A stretch of DNA of 64,000 nt from Oscillospiraceae bacterium. Lineage in GTDB: Bacteria; Bacillota; Clostridia; Oscillospirales; JAVBQB01. Below are positions 29,123-39,535 of this stretch, in pieces. The notes under the pieces are model-generated. The model saw nothing but the letters and a program-made list of their open reading frames with translations. It was not told the origin of the DNA and did not search any database. Both the position numbers and the translations under genes were made by a program. The stretch lies in contig JAVBQB010000001.1 in the NCBI GenBank assembly GCA_031549265.1, positions 20,027 through 84,026 on the forward strand, read 5' to 3'. How positions within the stretch are numbered: the first letter of the stretch is position 1; each line of letters begins with the position of its first letter.

Positions 29123-29662
29123 TCATGTAAAGTTGTAACCTAAATCGACTGCCTTAAGATTCGCTTCGAAAAGGTCAACTTTGCGTTCCGATACCGTCTT
29201 TTTCATCGCTTTCTGAACTAAGTCCATGCCACAAATTCCGGTTTCACGAATAATCTTGCCTACCATGACCATGTTTGCGAGGCCAATCAGGCCGTTGTCT
29301 TCCGCAAGCTTGGTCGCAGGTATGTAGAAGTTCTCAACGTCGTCGCGCTGAGATTTGCGGTCAATAAGCGTGCTGTTAATGAAAACTTTCCCCCCGGGAA
29401 TTGTCGAGCTCTCGAATTTATCAAATGAGGGTAGGTTCATCGCAATCAGAATATTCGGATTAGAGACGATCGGGGAGCCAACGGGGGTATCCGAAATAAT
29501 GACGCTGCAATTTGCGGTTCCGCCGCGCATCTCGGGGCCGTATGACGGAAGCCATGAAATCTGAAGGTCGGCAAACAAACCGGTATAAGCAATAAACTTA
29601 CCGGCAAACAAAATGCCCTGTCCACCGAAACCGGCGATTACCATTTTATAGTCCACGCTCAT
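29123..29662 (-). CDS. 2-oxoacid:ferredoxin oxidoreductase gamma subunit
   Basis: AGFGGQGIL, PSYGPEMRGGTANC. Confidence 0.92.
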   Translation of the reverse strand: MSVDYKMVIAGFGGQGILFAGKFIAYTGLFADLQISWLPSYGPEMRGGTANCSVIISDTPVGSPIVSNPNILIAMNLPSFDKFESSTIPGGKVFINSTLIDRKSQRDDVENFYIPATKLAEDNGLIGLANMVMVGKIIRETGICGMDLVQKAMKKTVSERKVDLFEANLKAVDLGYNFT

Positions 29663-30411
29663 TTGCTGACCTCCGCAGTAATATCCTTATAGACTCCAAG
29701 CGGATAATAAGGAATCATGTTGTCACGAAGCCATGACAATGCCTCGACCGGAGCAAGTCCCCAGTTTGTCGGACAGGTGGACAGCACTTCAACAATGCTG
29801 AATCCCCTGCCGTCGATCTGGTTCTGGAACGCTTTTTTAATTGCGCGTCCTGCGGCTCTCACGTTCTTGACACTGTCGACAGACACGCGCTCGGCATAAG
29901 CGACGCCGTCAATGGTGGACAGCATTTCGCAGATCCGAAGCGGAAATCCGGCGGTTTTTATATCGCGTCCGTAAGGAGTAGTCTGAGTTATCTGGCCGGG
30001 CATCGTCGTCGGAGCCATCTGGCCGCCGGTCATGCCGTAAATGACATTGTTGACGAAGATAACCGTGATGTTCTCGCCGCGGGCCGCGGCATGCACTGTT
30101 TCAGCAGTTCCGATAGCGGCGAGATCGCCGTCGCCCTGGTATGTGAACAGGATTGAATCAGGGCGTGCGCGCTTGACTCCCGTGGCAACCGCGGGGGCGC
30201 GTCCGTGAGCCGCCTGCACCATATCGCATTCAAAATAGTTGTATGCGAGCACCGAACAGCCGACGGGCGCGATGCCGACTGTACGTCCGGTAATGCCCAG
30301 ACCGTCCAGCGCTTCGGCGACCAGTCTGTGTATTATCCCGTGCGTACAGCCCGGGCAGTAATGCGTCTGGTTTTCCGACAAAGCGGCCGGCTTTTCAAAT
30401 ACGGTCTTCAT
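29659..30411 (-). CDS. 2-oxoacid:ferredoxin oxidoreductase beta subunit (TPP-binding)
   Basis: YCPGCTHG, QGDGDLAAIG, YGMTGGQMAPT. Confidence 0.92.
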   Translation of the reverse strand: MKTVFEKPAALSENQTHYCPGCTHGIIHRLVAEALDGLGITGRTVGIAPVGCSVLAYNYFECDMVQAAHGRAPAVATGVKRARPDSILFTYQGDGDLAAIGTAETVHAAARGENITVIFVNNVIYGMTGGQMAPTTMPGQITQTTPYGRDIKTAGFPLRICEMLSTIDGVAYAERVSVDSVKNVRAAGRAIKKAFQNQIDGRGFSIVEVLSTCPTNWGLAPVEALSWLRDNMIPYYPLGVYKDITAEVSK

Positions 30412-31484
30412 TATTCAACCCTCCCTTGCAGTGAAATTATACTATCTAACACTTGATCGGGGGTGGGAACCATTCCGCCGGTGCGGTTGCAGAGCTCAAC
30501 TGGTCTGCTGCAGCGGATAGCGAGTTCCACGTCCTCAATCATCTGACCCATGCTCATTTCGACCGCTAAAAACGCTTTGGCTGTTTTGGCGGTGTCGGCC
30601 AGTGCGTGCTTCGGGAATGGCCAGAGGGTGATCGGACGAATGAGGCCTGCTTTAATCCCCTTTTCGCGTGCGGCTAATATAGCGTTTTTGGTGATTCTGG
30701 CTGTAGCGCCATAGGCGACGGCGACTATATCCGCGTCGTCTGTCATAAATTTCTCGCATCTCGGTTCGTTCTTCTCGGCTTCGGCGTAGCGCTCAAATCG
30801 TTTTATGTTCAGCTCCTCGAGTTTTTCAGGAGACAGGTAAAGTGAATTGACGATGTTCTTTTTTCGCGTGCCGCCGGTTCCGCTGACGGCCCAGTCTTTG
30901 GCGACAGTTGAGCCGGACATGGCTTCAGGTAGGACAACTGGCTCCATCATCTGGCCGAGGATTCCGTCCGCAAGCAGCATAACGGGCGTGCGGTACTTCT
31001 CACCAAGATCAAATGCAAGACTGGTAAGGTCAACCATCTCCTGGACGGAGCTGGGAGCGAGAACGATCAGATGAAAGTCGCCGTGGCCGGATGAGCGCGT
31101 CGCAAGGAAATAATCCGCCTGCGAGGGCTGGATACCTCCAAGACCGGGGCCGCCGCGCTGAATATTAATAATTAACGCAGGCAGATCACACCCGGCGAGG
31201 TAGGATATTCCTTCGCTCTTTAGGGCGATTCCGGGGCTGGACGATGAGGTCATAACACGAACGCCGGCGGCGGCGGCTCCGATGACCATATTAATGGCGG
31301 CGACTTCACTTTCGGCTTGCAGGTATGTACCGCCAATCTTGGGCATGCGTCTCGCCATATATGCTGCAAGTTCAGTCTGGGGAGTTATGGGATAACCAAA
31401 AAAGTGACGGCAGCCACAGAGGATGGCGGCTTCCGCAATCGCTTCGTTTCCCTTCATTAATACCTTTTCGGACATGTCGCTCAC
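30411..31484 (-). CDS. 2-oxoacid:ferredoxin oxidoreductase alpha subunit (VorB-like)
   Basis: GNEAIAEAA, GYPITPQTE, SSSPGIALKSE. Confidence 0.92.
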   Translation of the reverse strand: MSDMSEKVLMKGNEAIAEAAILCGCRHFFGYPITPQTELAAYMARRMPKIGGTYLQAESEVAAINMVIGAAAAGVRVMTSSSSPGIALKSEGISYLAGCDLPALIINIQRGGPGLGGIQPSQADYFLATRSSGHGDFHLIVLAPSSVQEMVDLTSLAFDLGEKYRTPVMLLADGILGQMMEPVVLPEAMSGSTVAKDWAVSGTGGTRKKNIVNSLYLSPEKLEELNIKRFERYAEAEKNEPRCEKFMTDDADIVAVAYGATARITKNAILAAREKGIKAGLIRPITLWPFPKHALADTAKTAKAFLAVEMSMGQMIEDVELAIRCSRPVELCNRTGGMVPTPDQVLDSIISLQGRVE

Positions 31485-31690
31485 TCATCTTTCTCAACTT
31501 TAATTACAACATCGGGGCACATGATGGCGCACGAACCGCATCCTACGCACTTGTCAGGGTGCGCAAGCTTTGCGGGGTGGAATCCTTTGGCGTTAAGGTC
31601 ATCGTCAAGCGCGAGAGCGCTTTTGGGACAGGCGTTAATACACAGCGAACAGCCCTTGCACCTTATACTATCAAACGTTAGGGTGGGCAT
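31481..31690 (-). CDS. 4Fe-4S ferredoxin-like delta subunit
   Basis: Two CxxCxxCxxxCP motifs. Confidence 0.92.
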   Translation of the reverse strand: MPTLTFDSIRCKGCSLCINACPKSALALDDDLNAKGFHPAKLAHPDKCVGCGSCAIMCPDVVIKVEKDE

Positions 31691-31733
31691 AAGTGATGCT
31701 CCTTTGCAAAATAGAATATATCACACGATAAGC

Positions 31734-32408
31734 TCACAGTTTCCACTCGGATTTAATTGTGATATCAATTGGGAACAAATTGGCGATTTTATTCCCGAGA
31801 CTTGCATAAACAGAACGCTGCACAGAAGTGAACATAACGGGCAAATTTGAGGCAATCGACAATTTATTTACAAACGCAACGGAATTTAGCACGTCTATAT
31901 CGGTTGTTATATTGCCCAAATTTGAGTTGTTGACGATTCCAGTGAAAGACGAATGAGACGCAGCTTCAATTTCGCGAAGGATATCCATTGCGCCCGAAAT
32001 GTTTGATGTCTCCGGTCTATACATATTCACGACCAAAAGAACGTCGGCGTGTTCGCGCCTTATTTTGTCGGCATATCTGCCGAGAGCGAGTGCCCCGCGG
32101 TCGTCTCCTCCGACATCCACGACGCCATACACTGACCGGTCGTCAAAAATGGATTCGGCGCCGGACGGTATCGACGGCAGGTCAACGTTGGAACCGGCAA
32201 ACTGCGATGTTACAAGCGTGACGCCGGATTTTGACAGCGCGCTTGAACTGTCGCTTGTGCGAAAATACGGGTTGACGATATCCAGATCGGCAAGGACTAC
32301 CCGCTCATGACGAGTCCGGGCGTTAATCGCCCAGTTGACGGCAAGATTAGTTTTGCCGCTGCCGTAGTGCCCGGAAAATATTACAACCCTTGAATCGAGC
32401 ATATGCAC
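31734..32408 (-). CDS. P-loop NTPase associated with the oxidoreductase operon
   Basis: GHYGSGKT, DLDIVNPYFR, DVGGDDRGA. Confidence 0.8.
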   Translation of the reverse strand: MHMLDSRVVIFSGHYGSGKTNLAVNWAINARTRHERVVLADLDIVNPYFRTSDSSSALSKSGVTLVTSQFAGSNVDLPSIPSGAESIFDDRSVYGVVDVGGDDRGALALGRYADKIRREHADVLLVVNMYRPETSNISGAMDILREIEAASHSSFTGIVNNSNLGNITTDIDVLNSVAFVNKLSIASNLPVMFTSVQRSVYASLGNKIANLFPIDITIKSEWKL

Positions 32409-32511
32409 CTCTGTTCAGTCTGCTTATTAGGTTATGATACATCAAGTGGCGTGGGATGACAATTCATTTTTCAAATATAGATATATTTCAACAAAAATTA
32501 ACGCCATAATT

Positions 32512-32859
32512 TCATGTCTGCCGGTCTGTGTTTTTCATTACTTTCAGATTCCCGAGCTTCTCCGCCCTGACTTCCAGCTCTTTTTCGACCGATTCGAGCG
32601 AGTGGCCGCTCTGCTCGAGTAGAACCAGAAGATGATAAATCAGGTCACAGACCTCAGAGGTCAGCTCGGAAGGCTGCCCGTCCTCAGCTGGCTGATTATT
32701 CTTGGCGGCGATGATGACCTCGGCGCATTCTTCACCGACCTTTTTTAGAATCTTGTCCAATCCCTTTTCAAAAAGGTAACATGTATAAGAATTTTCCTGG
32801 GGATTCAGCCGCCGGTCTGAAATTATCTCACTGAGCTCCCTGAATATGTTACTCATCAC
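32512..32859 (-). CDS. hisE: Phosphoribosyl-ATP diphosphatase
   Basis: SYT..LF.KGLDKILKKVGEE, DLIYHLLVLL. Confidence 0.95.
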   Translation of the reverse strand: MMSNIFRELSEIISDRRLNPQENSYTCYLFEKGLDKILKKVGEECAEVIIAAKNNQPAEDGQPSELTSEVCDLIYHLLVLLEQSGHSLESVEKELEVRAEKLGNLKVMKNTDRQT

Positions 32860-33184
32860 TCACACTCCATACACAATCAAAGAAGCAGCTGACCTCGCCA
32901 GTGTGGCAGGTCGGTCCGTGCGGTCTGCCGAAATAGATCAGGGTGTCGCTGTCGCAGTCGCCGACAATTCTCAGGACGTCGATCATATTGCCGGAGGTTT
33001 CTCCCTTGTTCCAGAGCTTTTGGCGGCTCCGGCTCCAAAACCATGCCGTTCCGGTATCAATGGTTAGTTTTAGCGCCTCCGCGTTCGAATATCCAAGCAT
33101 TAAGACATCTTTTGTATCGACGTTCTGGACGATAACGGGCACAAGATCAGATTTAGCAAAAAATCTTGAAAGATCCATATCCAA
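32849..33184 (-). CDS. hisI: Phosphoribosyl-AMP cyclohydrolase
   Basis: WSRSRQKLWNKGETSG, DCDSD, CHTG..SCF. Confidence 0.95.
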   Translation of the reverse strand: MDMDLSRFFAKSDLVPVIVQNVDTKDVLMLGYSNAEALKLTIDTGTAWFWSRSRQKLWNKGETSGNMIDVLRIVGDCDSDTLIYFGRPHGPTCHTGEVSCFFDCVWSVSDE

Positions 33185-33188
33185 TCCG

Positions 33189-33953
33189 TTACCGCACTTT
33201 TATTCCGCAGCCGCGCAGGTATTCCTTGACCTGAGGTATGGTCAGATCACCATAGTGGAAAAGTGACGCTGCGAGAGCGCCTTCGGCTTTTGTTTTCTTA
33301 AAAACGTCGGCGAAATGCTCGAGAGATCCGCAGCCGCCTGACGCAATGACGGGGATATTAACGGCGTCGGCAACAGCTTTGGTCATTTCGATATCGTATC
33401 CGTCACGGGTTCCGTCGGCAGATTTCGATGTCAGCAGGATTTCGCCGGCTCCGCAGGATTCACCCTCGCGCGCCCACTCGACAACATCCATGCCCGTCAG
33501 CGTGAGTCCGCCGTCGATGACAACTTCGAACTTTCCTGAGGCCGTTCGCACGGCGTCGATTGCCAAAACGACGGCTTCCCTGCTGAATCTGAGCGCGGCG
33601 CCGGTCAAAAAAGAGTGGTCTCGAACAGCGGCGGAATTGATGGATACCTTCTGGACGCCCGCCAGCATTAGGTCATATATATCTTCAATCGAGGAAATAC
33701 CGCCGCCCACAGTCAGCGGGACGCTTATAGCCTTTACCGTGCGTTCGACGGCATCAAGAAGTGTCTTTCGTCCTTCGAGCGTTGCGGCGATGTCCAGGAA
33801 AACGAGTTCGTCAGCGCCTTGATCGCAATAAGCCTTGCCAATTACGGCGGGGTCGCCTATATCCTTGATGTCCTCAAACTGGACGCCCTTGACAACTTTG
33901 CCGTCTTTAAAGTCGAGACATGGTATGATTCGTTTCTTTGGTTTACTTGACAT
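33189..33953 (-). CDS. hisF: Imidazole glycerol phosphate synthase cyclase subunit
   Basis: RIIPCLD, GADELVFLDI, GAGEILLTS, LAASLFH. Confidence 0.96.
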   Translation of the reverse strand: MSSKPKKRIIPCLDFKDGKVVKGVQFEDIKDIGDPAVIGKAYCDQGADELVFLDIAATLEGRKTLLDAVERTVKAISVPLTVGGGISSIEDIYDLMLAGVQKVSINSAAVRDHSFLTGAALRFSREAVVLAIDAVRTASGKFEVVIDGGLTLTGMDVVEWAREGESCGAGEILLTSKSADGTRDGYDIEMTKAVADAVNIPVIASGGCGSLEHFADVFKKTKAEGALAASLFHYGDLTIPQVKEYLRGCGIKVR

Positions 33954-34671
33954 AATTTTTTGCCTCCGTTATTGCCTCTTTAAGATTTATTGTCTTCGCA
34001 TAAATAGCTTTTCCTATAATCGCGCCATTCAAACCGGAATCGCGAAGAAGCTTAATGTCCTCAATTGTAGCCACTCCGCCGCTTGCGATCAGATTGCATC
34101 TAACCTTTGATCTTAAGATCATCAGACTCTCGATCGAAGGGCCTTTTAATACTCCATCAGTGTCAATATCAGTGAAAATAATTGACATAACACCGATTTG
34201 CTCCATTTTTTGAGCAAATTCGACAAAGTGGATTCCGGTGTCCTGTGTCCAGCCGGAGACCTTTACAGTGCCATTCAGAGCGTCGATACCGACAGCAATT
34301 TTGTCGCCAAACGCGAGAACTGCGTCCTTAACCAATTGTTCGTCATGCACGGCGGAGGAGCCGAGTACCACTCTGCCGACTCCGGATTCTATAGCTGTTT
34401 CGATGTCTTGCATATTTCTGATCCCACCGCCAAGTTCTACGATGGCCGGACTGGCTGTGCGAATTATCGAATCGACGAGGGCCTGATTCTTTCTTTTTCC
34501 GTCAAGTGCACCGTCCAAATCGACGACATGGATGATTTCAGCGCCGTCGTCAATAAATGATCGTGCGACTTCTGCGGCATCGACAGCGACTTTATGCGCG
34601 GTTGAGAAGTCGCCGCGCAAAAGCCGAACACATTGACCGTCTTTCAGGTCGATTGCGGGCAATATCTGCAT
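33943..34671 (-). CDS. hisA: ProFAR isomerase
   Basis: ILPAIDLKDGQCVRL, HVVDLDGA, GGGIR. Confidence 0.96.
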   Translation of the reverse strand: MQILPAIDLKDGQCVRLLRGDFSTAHKVAVDAAEVARSFIDDGAEIIHVVDLDGALDGKRKNQALVDSIIRTASPAIVELGGGIRNMQDIETAIESGVGRVVLGSSAVHDEQLVKDAVLAFGDKIAVGIDALNGTVKVSGWTQDTGIHFVEFAQKMEQIGVMSIIFTDIDTDGVLKGPSIESLMILRSKVRCNLIASGGVATIEDIKLLRDSGLNGAIIGKAIYAKTINLKEAITEAKNYVK

Positions 34672-34715
34672 TGTTCACCTCAAAATGAGTGTCGCAGCTG
34701 TAAAGCAATAAGCCA

Positions 34716-35294
34716 TTACAGTACGCCTTTTGTTGAGCAAGTGCTGTCGTTAACGAGTGCGCAGGCTGTTCGAAGTGATCGCGCAACACACTTGAAAATG
34801 GACTCGGTCATATGGTGCGCGTTGCGTCCGTAAACGGATTTAATGTGAAGCGTAATGCCCGAATTGAAGGCAAAAGCTCTGAAAAACTCCTCGTTCAGGC
34901 AATAATCATAACTTCCCGCAGATGATTGAGGCATATCAGCGTCATACACAAGAAATGGCCTGCCGGATATATCAACCGAACAGAAAGCCAAAGCCTCGTC
35001 CATCGGAACGTGTGCCTCACCAAATCTGGAGATACCCACGCGGTCACCGAGGCATTCACCGAGCGCCGAGCCCAGCACTATCCCGACATCCTCAACGGTG
35101 TGATGTGCATCTACCGAGTAGTCGCCTTTTGCTTTCAAATCAAGTGTCCAACCCGCATGAAACGCCAAGGAATGCAGCATATGATCAAAAAAACCAATTC
35201 CTGTGTCAATTGCGATGACTCCGGGGCAAATACAGAGCGTACATGAAACATTTGTCTCGTTCGTCTTTCGAGTTATTTCGGCAGTTCTCGACAT
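34716..35294 (-). CDS. hisB: Imidazoleglycerol-phosphate dehydratase
   Basis: TGIGFFDHML, HHTVED, NAHHMTESIFK. Confidence 0.96.
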   Translation of the reverse strand: MSRTAEITRKTNETNVSCTLCICPGVIAIDTGIGFFDHMLHSLAFHAGWTLDLKAKGDYSVDAHHTVEDVGIVLGSALGECLGDRVGISRFGEAHVPMDEALAFCSVDISGRPFLVYDADMPQSSAGSYDYCLNEEFFRAFAFNSGITLHIKSVYGRNAHHMTESIFKCVARSLRTACALVNDSTCSTKGVL

Positions 35295-36367
35295 GTTAGA
35301 TTCACCTCATTATCAAGAAATCTATCAAGAATGTTTAAAAAGCAACTGTTTTCTTCAGGGTTTCCGGCTGTTACTCTCAGATAATCTCCCATCAGCAGTC
35401 TGACGGATACACCGCCTCTGACAAAAGCGTTATGTAAACGGTTGCATAGTGATGACTTCAGCAAAATAAAGTTGGTTTTTGTCGAAAAAGTTTGGATGGT
35501 GTTCGGATATTTAGCAGAAATTTGCTCAACCTGATTCACCAATGAGTCGCGGGAGCTCTTGATGGATTCAACGCATGATGAAATCCACGCTTTTTCAGAC
35601 AAATAGACTTCTCCGGTTGCCTGAGTTAGAGTGTTAACGTTAAATGGCGATTTAGAGGCCCTAAGTGCGTCTATAAGGTGCCTCTTGCCAAGGGCGAAGC
35701 CAAGCCGGACGGCCGCAAGGCCCATTGCCTTTGAACAAGTTCTCAAAACGATGACGTTATCGAGGAAAGGTAAATCGGTAATGATGCTTTGATCCCAAAA
35801 GTCCATATACGCCTCATCGACCACCAGCAAGCAGTCGACGCTTTTCGCGAGACGTATGACATCATCCCTCAAAATGCCAGTACCGGTTGGATTGCAGGGG
35901 TTAGAGAAAATTATCAAAGAGGGTTTAATGCGTTTGTAGTCCTCTATCAGCGTGTCAATGTCGATGCGCATTTCTGACTTGTCGAACGACGCGACCTCTG
36001 TTTCGCACATATGCGCATAAAATCTGTACATTGAGAAATCGGGATCGCATATGAGGATGGGGGCATTATTCGAGGAAAACCCGGCAATTATTATAGAAAT
36101 CAACTCGTCAGATCCGTTACCGGCGATGATGCAATCCGGCTCGACACCGTAATATGAGGCTGCTGTACTGCAAAGCGCTGTTGCGTTCGGATCAGGGTAT
36201 CTGTTGAAATCGATTGCCGAAATGCGGTCAATGATTTTTGCTAGAATGTCTGCCGGGAGATTAAAACAGCTCTCATTTGCGTCCAGCTTAGTGTCGCAGA
36301 CGATAGCGCCAGGGTCATACGGAGTCAAGCCCCGGAGCTTTACAGGCAGGTCAAAAGGCATGCTCAA
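35273..36367 (-). CDS. hisC: Histidinol-phosphate aminotransferase
   Basis: LDANES, NRYPD, GNGSDELI, RTCSKA.GLA. Confidence 0.94.
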   Translation of the reverse strand: MSMPFDLPVKLRGLTPYDPGAIVCDTKLDANESCFNLPADILAKIIDRISAIDFNRYPDPNATALCSTAASYYGVEPDCIIAGNGSDELISIIIAGFSSNNAPILICDPDFSMYRFYAHMCETEVASFDKSEMRIDIDTLIEDYKRIKPSLIIFSNPCNPTGTGILRDDVIRLAKSVDCLLVVDEAYMDFWDQSIITDLPFLDNVIVLRTCSKAMGLAAVRLGFALGKRHLIDALRASKSPFNVNTLTQATGEVYLSEKAWISSCVESIKSSRDSLVNQVEQISAKYPNTIQTFSTKTNFILLKSSLCNRLHNAFVRGGVSVRLLMGDYLRVTAGNPEENSCFLNILDRFLDNEVNLTCRELPK

Positions 36368-37634
36368 TCCTCAGCTCGGCGGCTCTCGCGTGAGCGTCAA
36401 GACCCTCGGCGTGCGCTAAAACAGCAATATCCTGTGCAACATTGCCAAATGAGAGCTTGTCAAAGTCAATAATACTCATCTGTCGCACAAAGCTATCAGA
36501 TGATAGAGGTGAAAAGAAGCGGGCTGTGCCTGATGTGGGAAGTACATGAGAGGGACCAGCCATATAATCGCCTAAAGGTTCGGGACTGGACTCACCGAGG
36601 AAGACCGCGCCGGCGTTCTTAATTTTAGAAAGGATGACTCTGTTGTATTTCGTAACTATTTGAAGGTGTTCCGGGGCTATTTCGTTAGCAATATCGCACA
36701 TTTGCGCAGGTGTATCGCAAATTATCGCTCCACCGTAGTTTTCAAGCGCATACTTGACGATTTCTTTGCGGGGCAATTTGTCACATTGGTCAATCAACTC
36801 TGAAACGACTTTATTCGCCAGGTTTTCACTTGTAGTCACGAGAATTGACGAAGAAAGTCGATCATGTTCGGCTTGACTCAACAAATCCGCGGCAAGCAGC
36901 CGCGCATTGGCGCTGTCATCGGCAATGACGAGGATTTCCGATGGGCCGGCAATCATGTCAATATCAATATTCCCAAATGACAAACGCTTTGCTGCCGCAA
37001 CGTATGCGTTGCCGGGACCCACAATTTTATCAACTTTGGGAATGAATCCTGCGCCATAAGATAAGGCGGCGACTGCCTGCACTCCGCCTACAGCGAATAT
37101 TCTGTCTACACCCGCAACAGCAGCGGCGGCTAACACCGCGTCGTTAAGCTGCTCTGTCGGAGGCGTTACCATGATGATTTCCGGAACTCCGGCGACTTTT
37201 GCCGGTATCGCCGTCATAAGCACTGTGGAAGGGTATGAAGCGGTGCCGCCGGGAACGTAAATGCCGACTTTTGAGAGCGGAATAACCAGTTGTCCGACTA
37301 GTCCGCCTTCGGGAGACATCCACTGCGACGATTTCGGCACAGTCCGCGACTGATAATCGAGAATATTCTTTGCCGCCCGGTTTATGGCTGCGCGAAGGCT
37401 TGGGTCGATACGCTCAAGCGCATCCTGCGCAACGGATATCGGCACTTCATAAGCCTCTGAATTGTCAAACTTCTTTGAGTATTCCTGAACCGCTTCAAGA
37501 CCGCGGCTTCTCACGTCTCTTAATATGCTTTCCGCGACTTTCGTGACCTCGATGTTTTCGTCATTTGCCCGGTTACGCATAGAAGCGATGAATTCTTTTG
37601 CGCTGCCGTCCTCCAGAAAAACAATTTTAAACAC
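36351..37634 (-). CDS. hisD: Histidinol dehydrogenase
   Basis: YVPGG, GPGNAYV, DMIAGPSE, LSQAEH, APEHL. Confidence 0.96.
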   Translation of the reverse strand: MFKIVFLEDGSAKEFIASMRNRANDENIEVTKVAESILRDVRSRGLEAVQEYSKKFDNSEAYEVPISVAQDALERIDPSLRAAINRAAKNILDYQSRTVPKSSQWMSPEGGLVGQLVIPLSKVGIYVPGGTASYPSTVLMTAIPAKVAGVPEIIMVTPPTEQLNDAVLAAAAVAGVDRIFAVGGVQAVAALSYGAGFIPKVDKIVGPGNAYVAAAKRLSFGNIDIDMIAGPSEILVIADDSANARLLAADLLSQAEHDRLSSSILVTTSENLANKVVSELIDQCDKLPRKEIVKYALENYGGAIICDTPAQMCDIANEIAPEHLQIVTKYNRVILSKIKNAGAVFLGESSPEPLGDYMAGPSHVLPTSGTARFFSPLSSDSFVRQMSIIDFDKLSFGNVAQDIAVLAHAEGLDAHARAAELRIEHAF

Positions 37635-38265
37635 GCGCTACACCCTTTCTGCATCTGCCTACCAAGTCTAGTATTTCCTTGCGTCTCAGTTTCATTGACG
37701 CAACGTTAACAATTAAACGAGCGCTGACGCTGACGATGTCTTCTATTACAGATAAACCGTTGTCGCGCAGCGTAGTTCCGGTTTCGACAAGATCAACTAT
37801 CGCGTCCGCCAGTCCGAGAATCGGAGCGAGCTCCACAGATCCGTCGATCTTAATCACTTCAACATCCATACCCTTTTGCGAAAAAAAGTGCTTCGCGACA
37901 TTGGGGTATTTTGATGCGACGCGTTTAGCGTGGTGAGTTCCGTAAAACTCGTCTCCGGTTCTGGCGGCTAGGCAAAACCGGCATTGGCCAAATCCGAGGT
38001 CGAGCAGCTCATAAAACGATCTTCCGTGCTCGAGTATTGTGTCTTTGCCGACGATTCCGATATCACAAACGCCGTGCTCCACATATGTAATCACATCGGG
38101 AGCTTTTGCCAGAACCACGTCTAGTCCCTCTCCCGGGATTGTGTGTATAAGGCGTCTGCCCGCTTCATGCAGCGGAGAGCAGTCCATGCCTATGCTTTCA
38201 AACAGTGCGACAGATTTTTTCTCCAGCCTGCCTTTAGTCAGGGCCAATCTGAGGTTGCCCATCAT
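37627..38265 (-). CDS. hisG: ATP phosphoribosyltransferase (short form)
   Basis: ALTKGRL, DIGIVGKD, GSVELAP, DLVETGTTL; start at 38265 after GGAGG. Confidence 0.95.
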   Translation of the reverse strand: MMGNLRLALTKGRLEKKSVALFESIGMDCSPLHEAGRRLIHTIPGEGLDVVLAKAPDVITYVEHGVCDIGIVGKDTILEHGRSFYELLDLGFGQCRFCLAARTGDEFYGTHHAKRVASKYPNVAKHFFSQKGMDVEVIKIDGSVELAPILGLADAIVDLVETGTTLRDNGLSVIEDIVSVSARLIVNVASMKLRRKEILDLVGRCRKGVARV

Positions 38266-39464
38266 ACACCTCCCAATTGTGGACGTTCGACGGAGATATG
38301 TTCGGTTCCGCTGCCGGTCACATTCAATACGGTGTCGGCGAGTTTTAGCCGCGCGAGCGCAATAGTATCTTCTAAATTGGCACAGCATGACAGCTCGCAG
38401 CTTCCGTCGGGCATATCGTCAATGATGCTCAGCGCGTCGCAAAGCTGCTCCGGCGAGTAATGAATCAAAGTTTTCGGCCAGGCCCATTCCGGGGACGGTA
38501 TCGAATCACAGACCGCGTCGATATCGATAGCGAAACCAATCGCGGGCAGATCCCTGCCAAACCCGGAAATCAGGTTGTCATAGCGCCCGCCGGTGATAAT
38601 TTCCGCGCCCGCTCCGTCGGCGTATCCCCGAAAAACAATGCCGGTATAGTAGCTGATACTGCTCACCTGCCCGAGATCGAAAAAGATATTTTCAATACCG
38701 GAAGACTTGAGGCTGTTGTGTATCATTCGCAGGTATTCGAGAGCGCGCCTAGCCTCAGGGCATGTGATGAGAGCATCGGCCTCATCCAGCACTTCTTCCC
38801 CGCCAAACAGCGACGAAAGCTGTTCCAACGCTTTAGCCGAGGGCAAATGTGAATACGGCCCCAGCAGATCGCCGAGAGCCGCGAAGTTTTTGCCCTCGAT
38901 CAGCTGCCGCATCGTCTCAACGGTTTCGTTATCCGCGCCGAGATCATCCGCCAGCGCGGAGAATAGGCAGGCGTGACCCAGCTCGATGTGAAACCGCGGA
39001 ACAGACGCCGCGGAAAGTGAATGCACAGCCATCGAAATGACCTCAAGATCCGCGAGATTGCCGGACGCGCCGACAAGTTCGATGCCCGCCTGTGCGGTTT
39101 CGAGTGAACGCCCGATGTATGAGTCACAGGAACGGTAAACGTCCTGCATATAAAACAGCCGCTGCGGGAAAGCCGCGTTTGCCAGCCTGCCTGCCGCCAG
39201 CCGCGCGATCGGCGTGGTTGTATCAGGGCGCATAACAAGGATTTGACCGTTTTTGTCAATGAGCTTGAGCATGGAGCTTTGCGGCATCGGGTTGCCGGCG
39301 GCTGTGAGCGCGTCAAGATATTCTACCACAGGTGTGATAACTTCGGAATATCCCCGGCGGCGAAAAAGAGAATAAAGTTTTCGTTCGACATCGCGTCTTT
39401 TGACACATTCGGCAAAAATCTTTTCCTTTGTTCCCTCGGGAGCGGCTGCAAGATTGCGTTTCAA
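38262..39464 (-). CDS. hisZ: ATP phosphoribosyltransferase regulatory subunit
   Basis: RPDTTTPIAR, QAGIEL, YYTGIVF, GGRYDNL. Confidence 0.93.
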   Translation of the reverse strand: MKRNLAAAPEGTKEKIFAECVKRRDVERKLYSLFRRRGYSEVITPVVEYLDALTAAGNPMPQSSMLKLIDKNGQILVMRPDTTTPIARLAAGRLANAAFPQRLFYMQDVYRSCDSYIGRSLETAQAGIELVGASGNLADLEVISMAVHSLSAASVPRFHIELGHACLFSALADDLGADNETVETMRQLIEGKNFAALGDLLGPYSHLPSAKALEQLSSLFGGEEVLDEADALITCPEARRALEYLRMIHNSLKSSGIENIFFDLGQVSSISYYTGIVFRGYADGAGAEIITGGRYDNLISGFGRDLPAIGFAIDIDAVCDSIPSPEWAWPKTLIHYSPEQLCDALSIIDDMPDGSCELSCCANLEDTIALARLKLADTVLNVTGSGTEHISVERPQLGGV

Positions 39465-39535
39465 GTCGTCAGCCCCTTTATTAGTTTAACACGCTAACAT
39501 GATAGCACGTTATTATCGCGATGTATATGTCTAGT

